Assembly: GCA_052279835.1 (NCBI GenBank)
Contig: CP181291.1
Span: 2,944,001 to 3,008,000, forward strand
Direction: 5' to 3'
Origin: Microcoleus sp.
GTDB taxonomy: Bacteria; Cyanobacteriota; Cyanobacteriia; Cyanobacteriales; Microcoleaceae
Length of the DNA stretch: 64,000 bases
The position numbers and the translations under genes are program-made. Below the pieces are notes generated by a model. The model did not search any database. It was not told the DNA's origin and saw nothing but the letters and a program-made list of their open reading frames with translations. Below are positions 51,078 through 61,845 of the stretch, piece after piece (within the stretch, counting starts at the first letter, position 1; each line of letters opens with the position of its first letter).

Positions 51078-51425
51078 ATGACATCTCAAGACACTATTTT
51101 CAGCAAAATCATCCGTCGGGAGATACCCGCAGATATCGTTTACGAAGACGACTTAGCCCTGGCGTTTAAAGATGTGAATCCCCAAGCACCAATCCACATC
51201 CTGGTCATACCTAAAAAGCCTATTGCCAAATTAGCCGATGCCGAGTCAGGAGACCATGCTCTCATGGGACACTTGCTGCTGACTGTGAAACGGGTAGCTG
51301 AAGCAGCCGGACTGACTAACGGCTATCGAGTTGTGATTAACAATGGGAACGACGGCGGCCAGACTGTAGATCATCTGCACCTTCACATTCTGGGCGGGCG
51401 TCACATGAAATGGCCCCCTGGCTAA
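51078..51425 (+). CDS. Histidine triad (HIT) nucleotide-binding protein
   Basis: TIFSKII, NPQAPIHILVIPK, GQTVDHLHLHILGGR..WPPG. Confidence 0.95.
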   Translation: MTSQDTIFSKIIRREIPADIVYEDDLALAFKDVNPQAPIHILVIPKKPIAKLADAESGDHALMGHLLLTVKRVAEAAGLTNGYRVVINNGNDGGQTVDHLHLHILGGRHMKWPPG

Positions 51426-51825
51426 AGATTTAGCACTTAACGATGGGGGCTGGTCAGTTCCAGAACCCCTAAAAAATTGTTCCAAAAACTCACCTGACCC
51501 ACCCGAAAATTGGATATCAGCCCTATGTATCTAAAGTAGGTAGGCAAATCGAACAGAAGAATGGTTAGTTAAACTGGCGGAAATAATCTACAATCAATTA
51601 ATTAATTCCGATATTTCTACAACTATATTTAAACCAGGTTGTTTGTAATAAATCTTAATCGAGCGATACATTTTTTTACCATTATCAAACAGTTATGAAT
51701 ATTTGTAAAATTTGCAAATTATCAGCACTAACCTCTTTGCAAACAGGAGTTACTAATGTTATCAATGTGGATGTGGGATGTCCCCACAATGAACATTGAA
51801 AATTCAATTAAGCAATCATAACCAC

Positions 51826-52908
51826 ATGACAACAAGCGTACAGCGTCGCGAAAGTGGCAACGTTTGGGAACGTTACTGCGAGTGGGTAACTAGCACTGAC
51901 AACCGCATTTATGTTGGTTGGTTCGGCACTCTCATGATTCCTACTCTGCTGACTGCCACCATCAGCTACATTATTGCCTTTGTAGCAGCTCCTCCTGTAG
52001 ACATTGATGGCATCCGCGAACCAGTTGCGGGTTCCTTGATGTACGGTAACAACATCATTACTGGTGCTGTTGTTCCTTCGTCAAATGCGATCGGCTTACA
52101 CTTCTACCCCATCTGGGAAGCTGCTTCCCTCGATGAGTGGTTGTACAATGGCGGCCCTTACCAGCTAGTGATTTTCCACTTCCTGATCGGCATTTTCTGC
52201 TACATGGGTCGTCAGTGGGAATTGAGCTACCGTTTGGGTATGCGTCCTTGGATCTGCGTAGCTTATTCTGCACCTGTGGCATCTGCTACCGCAGTATTCT
52301 TGATCTACCCGATCGGACAAGGCTCCTTCTCTGACGGAATGCCCTTGGGTATCTCCGGTACCTTCAACTTTATGATCGTGTTCCAAGCCGAGCACAACAT
52401 CCTGATGCACCCATTCCATATGTTAGGAGTTGCTGGTGTCTTCGGTGGTGCTTTGTTCTCCGCCATGCACGGTTCTCTCGTTACTTCTTCGTTGGTTCGT
52501 GAAACCACCGAAACCGAATCGCAAAACTACGGTTACAAATTCGGTCAAGAAGAAGAAACCTACAACATCGTTGCAGCCCACGGCTACTTCGGTCGTTTGA
52601 TTTTCCAATATGCTTCTTTCAACAACAGCCGTTCCTTGCACTTCTTGTTAGGTGCATGGCCAGTGGTCGGCATTTGGTTTACCGCTTTGGGTATTTCCAC
52701 CATGGCATTCAACTTGAACGGTTTCAACTTCAACCAATCGATTATCGACTCTCAAGGTCGCGTGATCAACACTTGGGCTGATGTCATCAACCGCGCTAAT
52801 TTAGGTATGGAAGTCATGCACGAGCGCAATGCTCACAACTTCCCACTAGACTTGGCCGCTGGTGCATCTACTCCTGTGGCTGTGGTTGCTCCTGCCATCA
52901 ATGGCTAA
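51826..52908 (+). CDS. psbA: Photosystem II D1 protein (360 aa, Gln130, D1:1-type)
   Basis: Full D1 sequence from ATG 51826 through HNFPLDLA plus C-terminal extension; MGRQWEL gives Q130. Confidence 0.98.
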   Translation: MTTSVQRRESGNVWERYCEWVTSTDNRIYVGWFGTLMIPTLLTATISYIIAFVAAPPVDIDGIREPVAGSLMYGNNIITGAVVPSSNAIGLHFYPIWEAASLDEWLYNGGPYQLVIFHFLIGIFCYMGRQWELSYRLGMRPWICVAYSAPVASATAVFLIYPIGQGSFSDGMPLGISGTFNFMIVFQAEHNILMHPFHMLGVAGVFGGALFSAMHGSLVTSSLVRETTETESQNYGYKFGQEEETYNIVAAHGYFGRLIFQYASFNNSRSLHFLLGAWPVVGIWFTALGISTMAFNLNGFNFNQSIIDSQGRVINTWADVINRANLGMEVMHERNAHNFPLDLAAGASTPVAVVAPAING

Positions 52909-52926
52909 GTTTTAGTTTGAGATAGA

Positions 52927-52960
52927 CAAAAAGCGCTCCTAGAAATAGGGGCGCTTTTTG
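52927..52960 (+). terminator. psbA intrinsic terminator
   Basis: CAAAAAGCGCTCCTA-GAAA-TAGGGGCGCTTTTTG. Confidence 0.85.
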
Positions 52961-53179
52961 TTTGGGTATTTCCTAAATAATTAAACATTTTTTTGATAAT
53001 ATAATTATATCGTTAAATTAATAGTTAAGTAAGTCCACCTAATTAAATGCAAGATCCAAATCGCTCAAAAGCTTACTGGCTTGCTATTCTTCCTTATTCC
53101 CTCTTCCTTCTTCCTGAATTTCCCCCCTTGGGGGGGGTAGGGGGGGGTGACTTCTTCCTTCTTCTTAAAATTTCTATAA

Positions 53180-54472
53180 ATGCCTTATTTAACAGTAGCT
53201 AACGACATCAAAGCGCTCATCGCTAAATTTGCCCAATCTAGAATCCTGTGGATTGATACAGAAATAGCAGATTATATATCTAACCCCAAATTGTCTCTGA
53301 TTCAGGTATTAGCTGACCCCAGAGACTTGACTGGCGATGCTACTTTTCTGCTCGATGTTTTGGAGCAAGCTGAATTAGTAACAGATTTTATAAACCTAAT
53401 TATGGTGAATCCAAATATTGAAAAAGTGATGCACAATGCCAGCTATGACATCAGGTTTTTGGGAAATAATGAAGCCACAAATGTAACTTGCACATTAAAT
53501 ATGTCGCGAAATATTCCTTATTATATTCTGCCCTTACCTAACCGCCAACTCAAAACTTTAATAGAAAAAATTTGTAATGTTACTTATGTAGATAAAACAG
53601 AACAGGGGAGCGATTGGGGAAAGCGTCCCCTGACAGAAAAGCAGGTAGAATATGCCAAGATGGATGTGGTGTATTTAGCGAGAGTGCATCGCCACCTGCT
53701 AGAAATATTTCACAAATCTTATCCAGATCCAGCCAGTGAAAACTTGACTGCATTGGGGGAGAAATATCAGAATATAGAAGCTCGGTGGAAACCGCTAGAT
53801 TCAGAATTTGCTGAGGTGAAAGAACGAATTAAAACTGGGATGGTGGCCCAAAAACTGAAAGACAGTGCTTATTTTGAGCTATCCAGTTCGATCGCGATGA
53901 AAGTAGATTTTATGACGCTGGCCAATCTGACACAAGCTGAGAGGATTGAGTTGCATTTTCCGGTGACACTGACGAAGGAAATTCAAAGACAGTTAGGGCA
54001 ACTGATCGAGCATCCATCTTTGGAAGTAGAAGAGGTGCAGAGTTGGCGGTTGCTTTTTAACGCACAGCAGCGACGAAAATCAACTAATCAAATTGCGCCA
54101 CGACCTGTGAGTGATGATTTAATAGTGTTGGGGGAAAGGTACAAGGAAATTTTACCTGAATGGAAATTCTTGGATTCCGAAGTTGACCATTTAAAAGAGC
54201 GTGTTAAAAAAGCAATGATGGCGCAAAACAAGGGAAACACTCCTCATTTTAAGCTGTCGAGTTCTTGTTTGATGAAAGTAGATTTTGCGAGTTTGGCAAG
54301 ACTGGTACAATCTGTGGGAATTGAGTTGGACTTTAGGGTGACGCTGACTCAATATATTCAAAAAAGGTTAGGGGAAGCTATTAATCAAATTGATGTGCAA
54401 ATTGAGTATATTACCAGTTGGCGCATGAGGGCTAAGACGGTGGAAGATGAAGATGAGGAAATTCCGTTTTGA
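53180..54472 (+). CDS. RNase D-like DEDDy 3'-5' exonuclease with duplicated C-terminal domain
   Basis: WIDTE, LSLIQV, KVMHNASYD, DKTEQGSDWGKRPL, YAKMDV motifs. Confidence 0.85.
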   Translation: MPYLTVANDIKALIAKFAQSRILWIDTEIADYISNPKLSLIQVLADPRDLTGDATFLLDVLEQAELVTDFINLIMVNPNIEKVMHNASYDIRFLGNNEATNVTCTLNMSRNIPYYILPLPNRQLKTLIEKICNVTYVDKTEQGSDWGKRPLTEKQVEYAKMDVVYLARVHRHLLEIFHKSYPDPASENLTALGEKYQNIEARWKPLDSEFAEVKERIKTGMVAQKLKDSAYFELSSSIAMKVDFMTLANLTQAERIELHFPVTLTKEIQRQLGQLIEHPSLEVEEVQSWRLLFNAQQRRKSTNQIAPRPVSDDLIVLGERYKEILPEWKFLDSEVDHLKERVKKAMMAQNKGNTPHFKLSSSCLMKVDFASLARLVQSVGIELDFRVTLTQYIQKRLGEAINQIDVQIEYITSWRMRAKTVEDEDEEIPF

Positions 54473-54869
54473 ATAGACATATCCCATAATTATTGTGGGG
54501 GGTAGGGGTGAGGCATCCAACTAGCCCTTAACAAACAGTGTTTTTGCTAGAGGTCTAATGTTCTTTTAGGACCATGACAACTTCTGGGAAGTCGGGGATT
54601 TGGGTATTGGCCCGATCGCACTTCCCGACAATGGCAAAAATTATCTAGTCCAATGCAGGGAGACCAATATCTCAACTATGCTAACGTAGGCAAGCGATAA
54701 TGCTTGGTGTTAAAGGCGATCGACCTAATTTAAGAAAGTGGCGGGGGAACTCCGTCACTCAAAAAAGCCTTTGCAAAAAAGGAAAAAGAAGCCTGCGGTC
54801 TAACTGTACTCAGTTGACCGTCAGGTTTGTTCACAACAAATTATTTGATTGAGGAGCAGTGTATCCCCT

Positions 54870-56540
54870 ATGGCAAACCTAATCGGCACAGACAGCAATG
54901 ATTTTCTGCTCGGAACTCCCCAAGGCGATCGCATTCGTGCCTTAGATGGCGATGACTCCCTCTTGGGTGCCGCAGGAGATGACACCCTAGAGGGCGACAA
55001 TGGCAACGACCAAATCATTGGAGGCGATGGAGCCGATTCGCTCTTTGGTGGTGAAGGAAACGACGAACTCATTGGCAGCCAAGGCCGCGATACCGCCAGC
55101 GGTGGCAACGGCGATGACTCCATTCGCGGCGGTTTGGGCAACGACATCCTCGATGGCAACGACGGTAGCGACACCGTGTTCGGAGACGCTGGGGACGACT
55201 TAGTTCGTGGCAACGCAGGTTTCGATGTGATTGCTGGCGGTACTGGCAACGACACCCTCACCGGCGGTGATGGCGACGATTCGGTATTTGGGAATGGTGA
55301 TGACGACTTTCTCTACGGGGATCTCGGCAATGATTCTCTGAATGGTGGTAGTGGTAGCGATCAATTATTGGGCGGTGATGGCAAGGACTACTTAACAGGT
55401 GAAGATGGCAACGACACTTTATACGGTGGTGCCGATAGCGATTCGGTCTACGGAGACGGTGGCAATGACCAGATATTTGGTGGCAAGGCTAACGATACAG
55501 TCGTTGGTGGCACTGGTTCCGACACCATGCGGGGCGATGAAGGCGAAGATTTGCTACAGGGAGGTGAAGATAATGATTTCCTATTTGGTGGCAAAGGCAG
55601 CGATATTCTCGACGGTGGTTTTGGGGACGATTCCTTAGCTGGTGGCCTCAGCGACGATACACTTTTGGGCGGTTTTGGCAATGACAATTTATTTGGGGCA
55701 GAGGGTAATGACTGTTTGAGCGGAGGTGAGGGTTCAGATACCCTGACTGGTGGAAGTGGCAGTGATATATTTGTGCTGGGAGCAGGGCCTGGCAGTCTGG
55801 CTTTAATTACTGATTACAATGAGGCCGAAGATTTCTTTGGACTGCCGAGTAATTTATCTTTTACTGACTTGGCAATTACCCAAGGCAACGGTTCAAACCG
55901 AAGGGATACAGTAATTACGACGAAGAAGGACGGGAAGCTGTTGGCCATTTTGACAGACACTCCGGCGGGCTTAATCGAGGCTACTGATTTTGTATCTGTG
56001 ACTGGGACGGTTCCTGTCAGACCAACTACAACTACAGTTACAACTACCGTTACCACTACAATTACAGATCCGAGTGCTCCGACTCCGACGGCGACAACTC
56101 CGACTCCGACGGCGACAACTCCGACTCCGACGGCGACAACTCCGACTCCGACGGCGACAACTCCGACTCCGACGGCGACAACTCCGACTCCGACGACGAC
56201 AACCCCGACTCCGACGACGACAACTCCGACTCCGACGACGACAACTCCGACTCCGACGGCGACAACTCCGACTCCGACGGCGACAACTCCGACTCCGACG
56301 GCGACAACTCCGACTCCGACGGCGACAACTCCGACTCCGACGGCGACAACTCCGACTCCGACGGCTTCGAGGATTCCTTCTCCCCCGACAATTAACCTGC
56401 CCGATTCTCCTTTGCTGACGATTAGTTCGATCGCCCCAACACCTACCTCCGGACTTTTGCCTATCCCTAGCCCGACACCGATATTTCCCTCGATGCTGCC
56501 GAGTCCGATACCCGTACCTCCTACACCTTTCGGATTTTAG
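54870..56540 (+). CDS. RTX-like (hemolysin-type Ca-binding) surface protein with Pro/Thr-rich tail
   Basis: Many GGxGxD nonapeptide repeats, followed by Thr-rich and PTPTATT repeats; GAGGAG upstream. Confidence 0.9.
   Translation: MANLIGTDSNDFLLGTPQGDRIRALDGDDSLLGAAGDDTLEGDNGNDQIIGGDGADSLFGGEGNDELIGSQGRDTASGGNGDDSIRGGLGNDILDGNDGSDTVFGDAGDDLVRGNAGFDVIAGGTGNDTLTGGDGDDSVFGNGDDDFLYGDLGNDSLNGGSGSDQLLGGDGKDYLTGEDGNDTLYGGADSDSVYGDGGNDQIFGGKANDTVVGGTGSDTMRGDEGEDLLQGGEDNDFLFGGKGSDILDGGFGDDSLAGGLSDDTLLGGFGNDNLFGAEGNDCLSGGEGSDTLTGGSGSDIFVLGAGPGSLALITDYNEAEDFFGLPSNLSFTDLAITQGNGSNRRDTVITTKKDGKLLAILTDTPAGLIEATDFVSVTGTVPVRPTTTTVTTTVTTTITDPSAPTPTATTPTPTATTPTPTATTPTPTATTPTPTATTPTPTTTTPTPTTTTPTPTTTTPTPTATTPTPTATTPTPTATTPTPTATTPTPTATTPTPTASRIPSPPTINLPDSPLLTISSIAPTPTSGLLPIPSPTPIFPSMLPSPIPVPPTPFGF
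56079..56365 (+). repeat. Coding 21-bp VNTR (13 full copies plus one partial; PTPTATT/PTPTTTT)
   Basis: CCGACTCCGAC(G)GCGACAACT tandem array. Confidence 0.95.
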
Positions 56541-56563
56541 CTGAGATGCCGATCGCGGGAGCT

Positions 56564-56608
56564 AGTGCATGAGTTATGAGTTAATTTAAAGCTCATAACT
56601 CATGCACT
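56564..56608. terminator. Bidirectional hairpin between convergent genes
   Basis: AGTGCATGAGTTATGAG / CTCATAACTCATGCACT perfect 17-bp stem. Confidence 0.7.
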
Positions 56609-56613
56609 CAAAA

Positions 56614-56976
56614 CTATTTAAGAGCTTGCGGATTCTGGGCCGATTCACCATCAGACTCGGCTGGAGAATCTTCTAGGATAGATAGTTGTTCGGTGTAGCC
56701 TAAGAGCTCGCGCAGTTTCATCCGGTGGATGTAAGGCCAGCCACCATTGGCCTCAATATTCCTGAGCAGTTTGTACAGTGCTTGGCGGTTTTCGGGAAAA
56801 GACGCTTGAAACAAACCGTCCCGAATTTCTCGGTGCGAACTTTCCAGTGTCCGCAGCAAAGCCAAAAGCAGCACACTGTCTTCCTGACAACTTTCGGCTA
56901 AAGTCCGAATCGCCTCTGTCAGGGATTGCAGTTGAGACTGCAACTTTCCTGACTCTAAATCTTTGCCGTTGTCCAT
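56614..56976 (-). CDS. Conserved cyanobacterial hypothetical protein
   Basis: LLALLR.LE..HREIR...FQ..P.NRQALY.LL.NIE..GGWPYI.RMKL pattern. Confidence 0.75.
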   Translation of the reverse strand: MDNGKDLESGKLQSQLQSLTEAIRTLAESCQEDSVLLLALLRTLESSHREIRDGLFQASFPENRQALYKLLRNIEANGGWPYIHRMKLRELLGYTEQLSILEDSPAESDGESAQNPQALK

Positions 56977-57352
56977 ACCGCTGCTTCCTTTGAAATCTAC
57001 AAAGCGTTTGTGCCCAACCTGAGTATCAGCAGACTAATCGAGCTAGTCGCGATCGCCATTCGGGGTCATAAGCAACCTAACTTAAGTAGGTTGACCTAGG
57101 CAATATTAATTTGTAGTCTAAGTCAAGAAAAGAGCACAACCCGTCGTACCATGTGTATTGTGCTACGATCCGCAGATTTTGAGAAATCCTAAGTTATGGC
57201 TTAATTTCGCCGTACTCGCTCGACTTTTTGAGTCAAAGCCGGTGAGGGCTTTCGGATGGTTGGACTGGCATAGCCTGCCCGCGAGCAATTATATTTTGCT
57301 CGAAGTAGGGTTTTTTCTTAATATAATCCGATGTTGGATATTGAGGTTTGGA

Positions 57353-58195
57353 ATGAAATATCGTTCTTTAATTGTGGCACTTTTAGCATTTTGCATGAGT
57401 GCACTGGTTGCTTGTTCTTCTGCTCCTGATACAACGGTGGCGACTACGGAGTTACTCACCTACGACCAGATTAGAGGTACTGGATTGGCAAATAACTGCC
57501 CTAGCTTGGCAGAAACTTCTCGCGGCTCGATCGCCATTGAAGCGGGTGCTACCTATAAGCTCACTGGTTTGTGTTTGCAGCCTACCACTTATTTTGTTAA
57601 GGAAGAACCAGCAAATAAACGCCAAGAGGCAGAATTTGTACCTGGTAAATTGCTGACACGGTTCACGTCTAGCATTGACCAAGTGCAAGGTAGTCTCAAG
57701 GTTGGTACTGACGGAACTCTGACTTTTACAGAAGAAGACGGCTTGGACTTTCAAGCAATTACGATTCAGCTACCCGGTGGAGAACAAGTACCTTTCTTGT
57801 TCACCATTAAAGAGTTAGTTGCTAGTTCCGACCCCGGAGTAGTTGCTATCAATACTTCCACAGATTTGCAAGGGACTTTCAACGTTCCTTCTTACCGCAG
57901 CGCTGGCTTTTTAGACCCTAAAGGTCGTGGCGTTGCCACTGGCTATGACAATGCTGTAGCGCTTCCAGCTTCTGACAATTCCAAGCGTGTGCGGGCTAAT
58001 GTTAAGTTAGCTGATACCAGCACCAAGGCGGGTAAAATTTCTCTCCAAGTTGCTAAAGTAGACAACACCACCGGAGAAGTTGGCGGTATTTTTGAAAGCA
58101 TACAGCCTTCTGATACAGATTTGGGAGCTAGACCTGCTTTGGATGTAAAAATCCGTGGCATCTTTTATGCTCGCATTGAGCCTTCTGTATCCTAG
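57353..58195 (+). CDS. psbO: Photosystem II Mn-stabilising protein PsbO
   Basis: Signal peptide MKYRSLIVA; LTYDQIRGTGLANNCP, PGGEQVPFLFT, FLDPKGRG, QPSDTDLG. Confidence 0.97.
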   Translation: MKYRSLIVALLAFCMSALVACSSAPDTTVATTELLTYDQIRGTGLANNCPSLAETSRGSIAIEAGATYKLTGLCLQPTTYFVKEEPANKRQEAEFVPGKLLTRFTSSIDQVQGSLKVGTDGTLTFTEEDGLDFQAITIQLPGGEQVPFLFTIKELVASSDPGVVAINTSTDLQGTFNVPSYRSAGFLDPKGRGVATGYDNAVALPASDNSKRVRANVKLADTSTKAGKISLQVAKVDNTTGEVGGIFESIQPSDTDLGARPALDVKIRGIFYARIEPSVS

Positions 58196-58635
58196 AATTT
58201 GACTGGACGGTCGATCGCACGCTTAGTAGTTTCTTACTCTAAAGATACTACTCTTTATTGATTAGCCAACAGTACGAAAGAATGTAACTGAGGACTGTTG
58301 ACTAATCAATAAATTTATGATTTGATTATTATCGTTTGTGGGTTGTAAAATTTTATTTGTTAATTAATTAAAGTCTTGCATTAAAACAGATTTTGAATTA
58401 CAATATCCAGTGTAAAAAATCCGAAAAATTATATCTGTAAGACCCTAGGGGTAAAATCATACCCGCGGAGGACTTCACCAAATCACTGCACCTTGCCTAA
58501 GCTCAACAGATGTGTCGGCTGTCACAGCTATCAAGTGCTAGGATTACACCAATTAAATAGGAATTTTTTAGACTAGATTAGAAATCTACATCTAAGGCCA
58601 AATCACTGCTCTGCTCTACCAACCCCCATGCCACT

Positions 58636-59409
58636 ATGTCTACCACAGTCCCAAACGAACTAAAAACCGAAAACTTGCAATTGTTGCGCGAGTACCAAAG
58701 TTCTGCTTCCAACGAAGTCCGCAATCAGTTAGTTAAACTCAATATCGGATTGGTGAGAAAAGAAGTTCACCACTGGCTCAATCAGTGCGGGGAAAGCTAC
58801 GACGACTTGCAGCAAGTTGGGTGTATTGGTTTGATCAGAGCCATTGAGCGGTTTGATTTATCGAAGGGACACGCCTTTAGTTCCTTTGCAATTCCCTACA
58901 TCCGGGGGGAAATTCAGCACTATCTACGGGATAAAAGCCCTTCGGTGCGAGTTCCGAGACACTGGTTATCGCTGGAACGCAAATCTGTATCAGTGATTAA
59001 GGATTTGCAAGTGCAGTTCAACCGAAATCCTACAGATGCGGAAGTGGCGGCGGTGTTGGAAGTTTCTGTGGCAGAATGGCGAGAAATTAAGCTGGCCCAC
59101 CTCAACCGCGCACCTCTGAGCTTGGATGCGCCGGTGCAAGATGAAAATGAGGGGACTACTTGTCTGGGAGCATTGGTGCCCGATAGCAAGTATCGCAGCT
59201 TTCAGTTGGCTCAAGAAGACCAAATTCGGGTGCAGCAAGCTTTGTCTATGTTGGAACAACGAACTCGTGAGATATTGGAGTTTGTATTTCTTTATGATTT
59301 GACGCAGAAGGAAACGGCTGAACGCTTGGGTATTAGTGCGGTGACAGTTTCTCGGCGTGTTAAGAAGGGGCTGGATTTGCTCAAAGAGATTATGACTAAA
59401 CAGCTTTAG
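58636..59409 (+). CDS. sigF: Group 3 RNA polymerase sigma factor SigF
   Basis: RNQLVKLNIGLV, DDLQQVGCIGLIRAIERF, FSSFAIPYIRGEIQHYLRD, region-4 HTH; downstream of psbO. Confidence 0.88.
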   Translation: MSTTVPNELKTENLQLLREYQSSASNEVRNQLVKLNIGLVRKEVHHWLNQCGESYDDLQQVGCIGLIRAIERFDLSKGHAFSSFAIPYIRGEIQHYLRDKSPSVRVPRHWLSLERKSVSVIKDLQVQFNRNPTDAEVAAVLEVSVAEWREIKLAHLNRAPLSLDAPVQDENEGTTCLGALVPDSKYRSFQLAQEDQIRVQQALSMLEQRTREILEFVFLYDLTQKETAERLGISAVTVSRRVKKGLDLLKEIMTKQL

Positions 59410-59683
59410 TTAGTAGTCATTAGTCAGTAGTCATTAGTCAGTAGTCATTAGTTAGTAGTTAGTAGTCAGTAGTCAGTAGTTAGTAGTTAGTAGTTAGTAG
59501 TTAGTAGTTAGTAGTTAGTAGTTAGTAGTTAGTAGTCATTAGTTAGTAGTTAGTAGTCAGTAGTCATTAGTCATTAGTCATTAGTTAGTTGTTGGTGGTT
59601 ATTGGTTAGTTGTCCTATGTTAGTTGTTGTTATTTGTTGGTTCCAATAACAAATAACAACTAACCAATAACAAATAACCAGTA
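59406..59683. repeat. Long STRR heptamer array (TAGTAGT/TAGTCAT/TAGTCAG) with inverted AATAAC-type arm
   Basis: About 26 heptamers at 59406-59590 between convergent sigF and the aminotransferase gene. Confidence 0.9.
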
Positions 59684-59691
59684 ACGAATTT

Positions 59692-60858
59692 TTAGACGTG
59701 GCGGATAAATTTATCAAGCCTTTCGACAGCTTTTTTGATTGTGCCTAAATCGGTGGCGTAAGACAAGCGAATGTGGTCATCTGCACCAAAAGCAATACCG
59801 GGAATAACTGCTACTTTTTGCTGTTCTAATAAAGCTTCGGAAAATTCTAGAGAAGTCATGCCAGTTTTGCTGATATTGACAAACATATAGAAAGCACCGT
59901 CGGGTTTGGTGCAGCTAATTCCGGGGATAGCATCGAGTAATTCAAATATTACTTCACGGCGCTCGGCAAAAGCCAGACGCATTTTTTCCACAGATTCTTG
60001 GCTGCTTTCCAAAGCGGCGATCGCCCCGTACTGTGCAAAGGTACATACGTTGGAGGTACTATGTCCTTGAACGGTACTGGTAGCTTTGATTAATTCGATC
60101 GGTCCTGCTAAATAACCGATGCGCCAGCCAGTCATGGAGTAAGCTTTAGCAAAACCGCTACTGATGATGGTGCGATCGAATATTTCTTGGCCGAGGGAAC
60201 CGATGCTGACGTGTTGGGCACCGTCGTATATAATTTTTTCGTAAATTTCGTCAGAAACTACTAAAATATCTTTCTCGACTATTACCTCTGCTAGTGCTTT
60301 GATTTCTGCTGGACTGTACACCATTCCCGTAGGGTTAGATGGGGAATTGAGGACAAATAACTTGGTGCGGGGTGTAATGGCTTGACGCAGTTGTTCCGGG
60401 GTGATTTTATATCCGGTAGAAGCATCAGTCTGGACAATTACTGGTTTACCGCTGGCTAGTTTGACCATTTCTGGATAACTCAGCCAGTAGGGAGCAGGGA
60501 TAATTACTTCGTCTCCCTGCTCAATCAGAGCCATCATCAGATTATACAGAGAATGCTTACCACCGTTGCTGACAATGATATTCTGAGGTTGATAGTTGAG
60601 ATTGTTGTCTTCGCGCAGTTTACGGGCGATCGCAGCTTTTAACTCCGGTTCCCCAGCGGCCGGGCCATACTTAGTTTTACCACTATCTAAAGCTTGCTTT
60701 GCCGCTGCTTTAATATGTTCTGGGGTATCAAAATCTGGTTCTCCTGTACTCAAACTACAGACATCAATCCCCTCGGCCTTCATGGCTTTTGCCTTAGCTG
60801 CGATCGCTAAGGTAATGGAAGGAGGAACTTCGCCCACTCGTGCTGCCAACTTGATCAT
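59692..60858 (-). CDS. aspC: Class I/II PLP-dependent (aspartate) aminotransferase
   Basis: [35 protein letters not shown]. Confidence 0.88.
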   Translation of the reverse strand: MIKLAARVGEVPPSITLAIAAKAKAMKAEGIDVCSLSTGEPDFDTPEHIKAAAKQALDSGKTKYGPAAGEPELKAAIARKLREDNNLNYQPQNIIVSNGGKHSLYNLMMALIEQGDEVIIPAPYWLSYPEMVKLASGKPVIVQTDASTGYKITPEQLRQAITPRTKLFVLNSPSNPTGMVYSPAEIKALAEVIVEKDILVVSDEIYEKIIYDGAQHVSIGSLGQEIFDRTIISSGFAKAYSMTGWRIGYLAGPIELIKATSTVQGHSTSNVCTFAQYGAIAALESSQESVEKMRLAFAERREVIFELLDAIPGISCTKPDGAFYMFVNISKTGMTSLEFSEALLEQQKVAVIPGIAFGADDHIRLSYATDLGTIKKAVERLDKFIRHV

Positions 60859-61096
60859 TGGATTTTAGATATGAGATTTTTGACTTTAGATCTTAGGGCG
60901 AAAAATCTGAATATTCAACCCTGTTGTTAGGAAATTATGACATTTCCTTGGATGGTAGGTACTGTTTTAACCAATTCAAAAATAAAACGCTAAAAAGTTA
61001 TTAGTTTTATTTTTTATTTTTAGTTTCTAATTTTTGACATTATTGGTGTACCATTTTTGATGCCTTGTTACTCTTAACCCCCCACTTTACAAGCTT

Positions 61097-61609
61097 ATGG
61101 ATCTCAAATCTCTGATTCGCGATATTCCTGATTTCCCAAAGCCGGGAATCATGTTTCGAGATATTACAACTTTGTTGCGAAACCCCCAAGGACTGAGCTA
61201 TACCATTGACAGTTTAGCCGAAAAATGCTCTGCAATGTCTCCTGACTATGTGGTGGGCATGGAATCGCGGGGCTTTATATTTGGGACGCCTTTGGCTTAT
61301 AAAATGGGAGTGGGCTTTGTTCCCGTCCGCAAGCCAGGGAAATTGCCATCAGCGGTTCATTTCGCTGAGTATGAGTTGGAGTATGGTAGCGATCGACTGG
61401 AAATGCACCAAGATGCGATCGCATCGGGTAGTCGGGTGCTAGTGGTGGACGATTTAATCGCCACTGGGGGGACAGCGGCTGCAACGGCTAAGCTGTTAGA
61501 ACAAGCTGGCTGCGAACTGGTGGGTTTTGCTTTTGTAATTGAATTGCAGGGTTTGGGCGGCAGGCAAAAATTGCCGGATGTACCAATTGTGACGCTAGTG
61601 GAGTATTAG
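61097..61609 (+). CDS. apt: Adenine phosphoribosyltransferase
   Basis: [44 protein letters not shown]. Confidence 0.96.
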   Translation: MDLKSLIRDIPDFPKPGIMFRDITTLLRNPQGLSYTIDSLAEKCSAMSPDYVVGMESRGFIFGTPLAYKMGVGFVPVRKPGKLPSAVHFAEYELEYGSDRLEMHQDAIASGSRVLVVDDLIATGGTAAATAKLLEQAGCELVGFAFVIELQGLGGRQKLPDVPIVTLVEY

Positions 61610-61619
61610 TCAGTTGAGT

Positions 61620-61708
61620 GTTAACGGTTGACGGTTGACGGTTAACGGTTGACGGTTGACGGTTGACGGTTGACTGTTGACTGTTGACGGTTGACTGTTG
61701 ACTGTTAA
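61620..61708 (+). repeat. STRR heptamer array (GTTGACG/GTTGACT)
   Basis: About 12 tandem copies; a short TCTAAAA array also lies at ~61814-61842. Confidence 0.9.
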
Positions 61709-61723
61709 CTTTTGAATAAAGAC

Positions 61724-61786
61724 TTTTTAACCGCAGAGGCCACAGAGGGCGCAGAGGAAGAGTACAGAGAGATGAATAATTTCGAT
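61724..61786 (+). repeat. Dispersed repeat, copy of 524-586
   Basis: 55/63 identity. Confidence 0.8.
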
Positions 61787-61845
61787 ACCAATGGATTTTA
61801 GATCGTTGACCAATCTAAAATCTAAAATCTAAAATCTAAAATCCT

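Noticed and set aside
50729..51169. ORFs 50729-50974, 50737-50937 and 50987-51169
   Set aside because: These are translations of tandem repeats (33-mer and TTCTTCC) and unlikely to be real genes.
56062..56418. LRLRRRQ and SPSESEL repeat ORFs
   Set aside because: They are alternative frames of the 21-bp VNTR inside the RTX gene.
57158..57352. N-terminal extensions of psbO (and of psbA from 51796 and the third MCP from 17759)
   Set aside because: The ORF track used upstream TTG/GTG starts; the homologous N-termini begin at the downstream ATGs.
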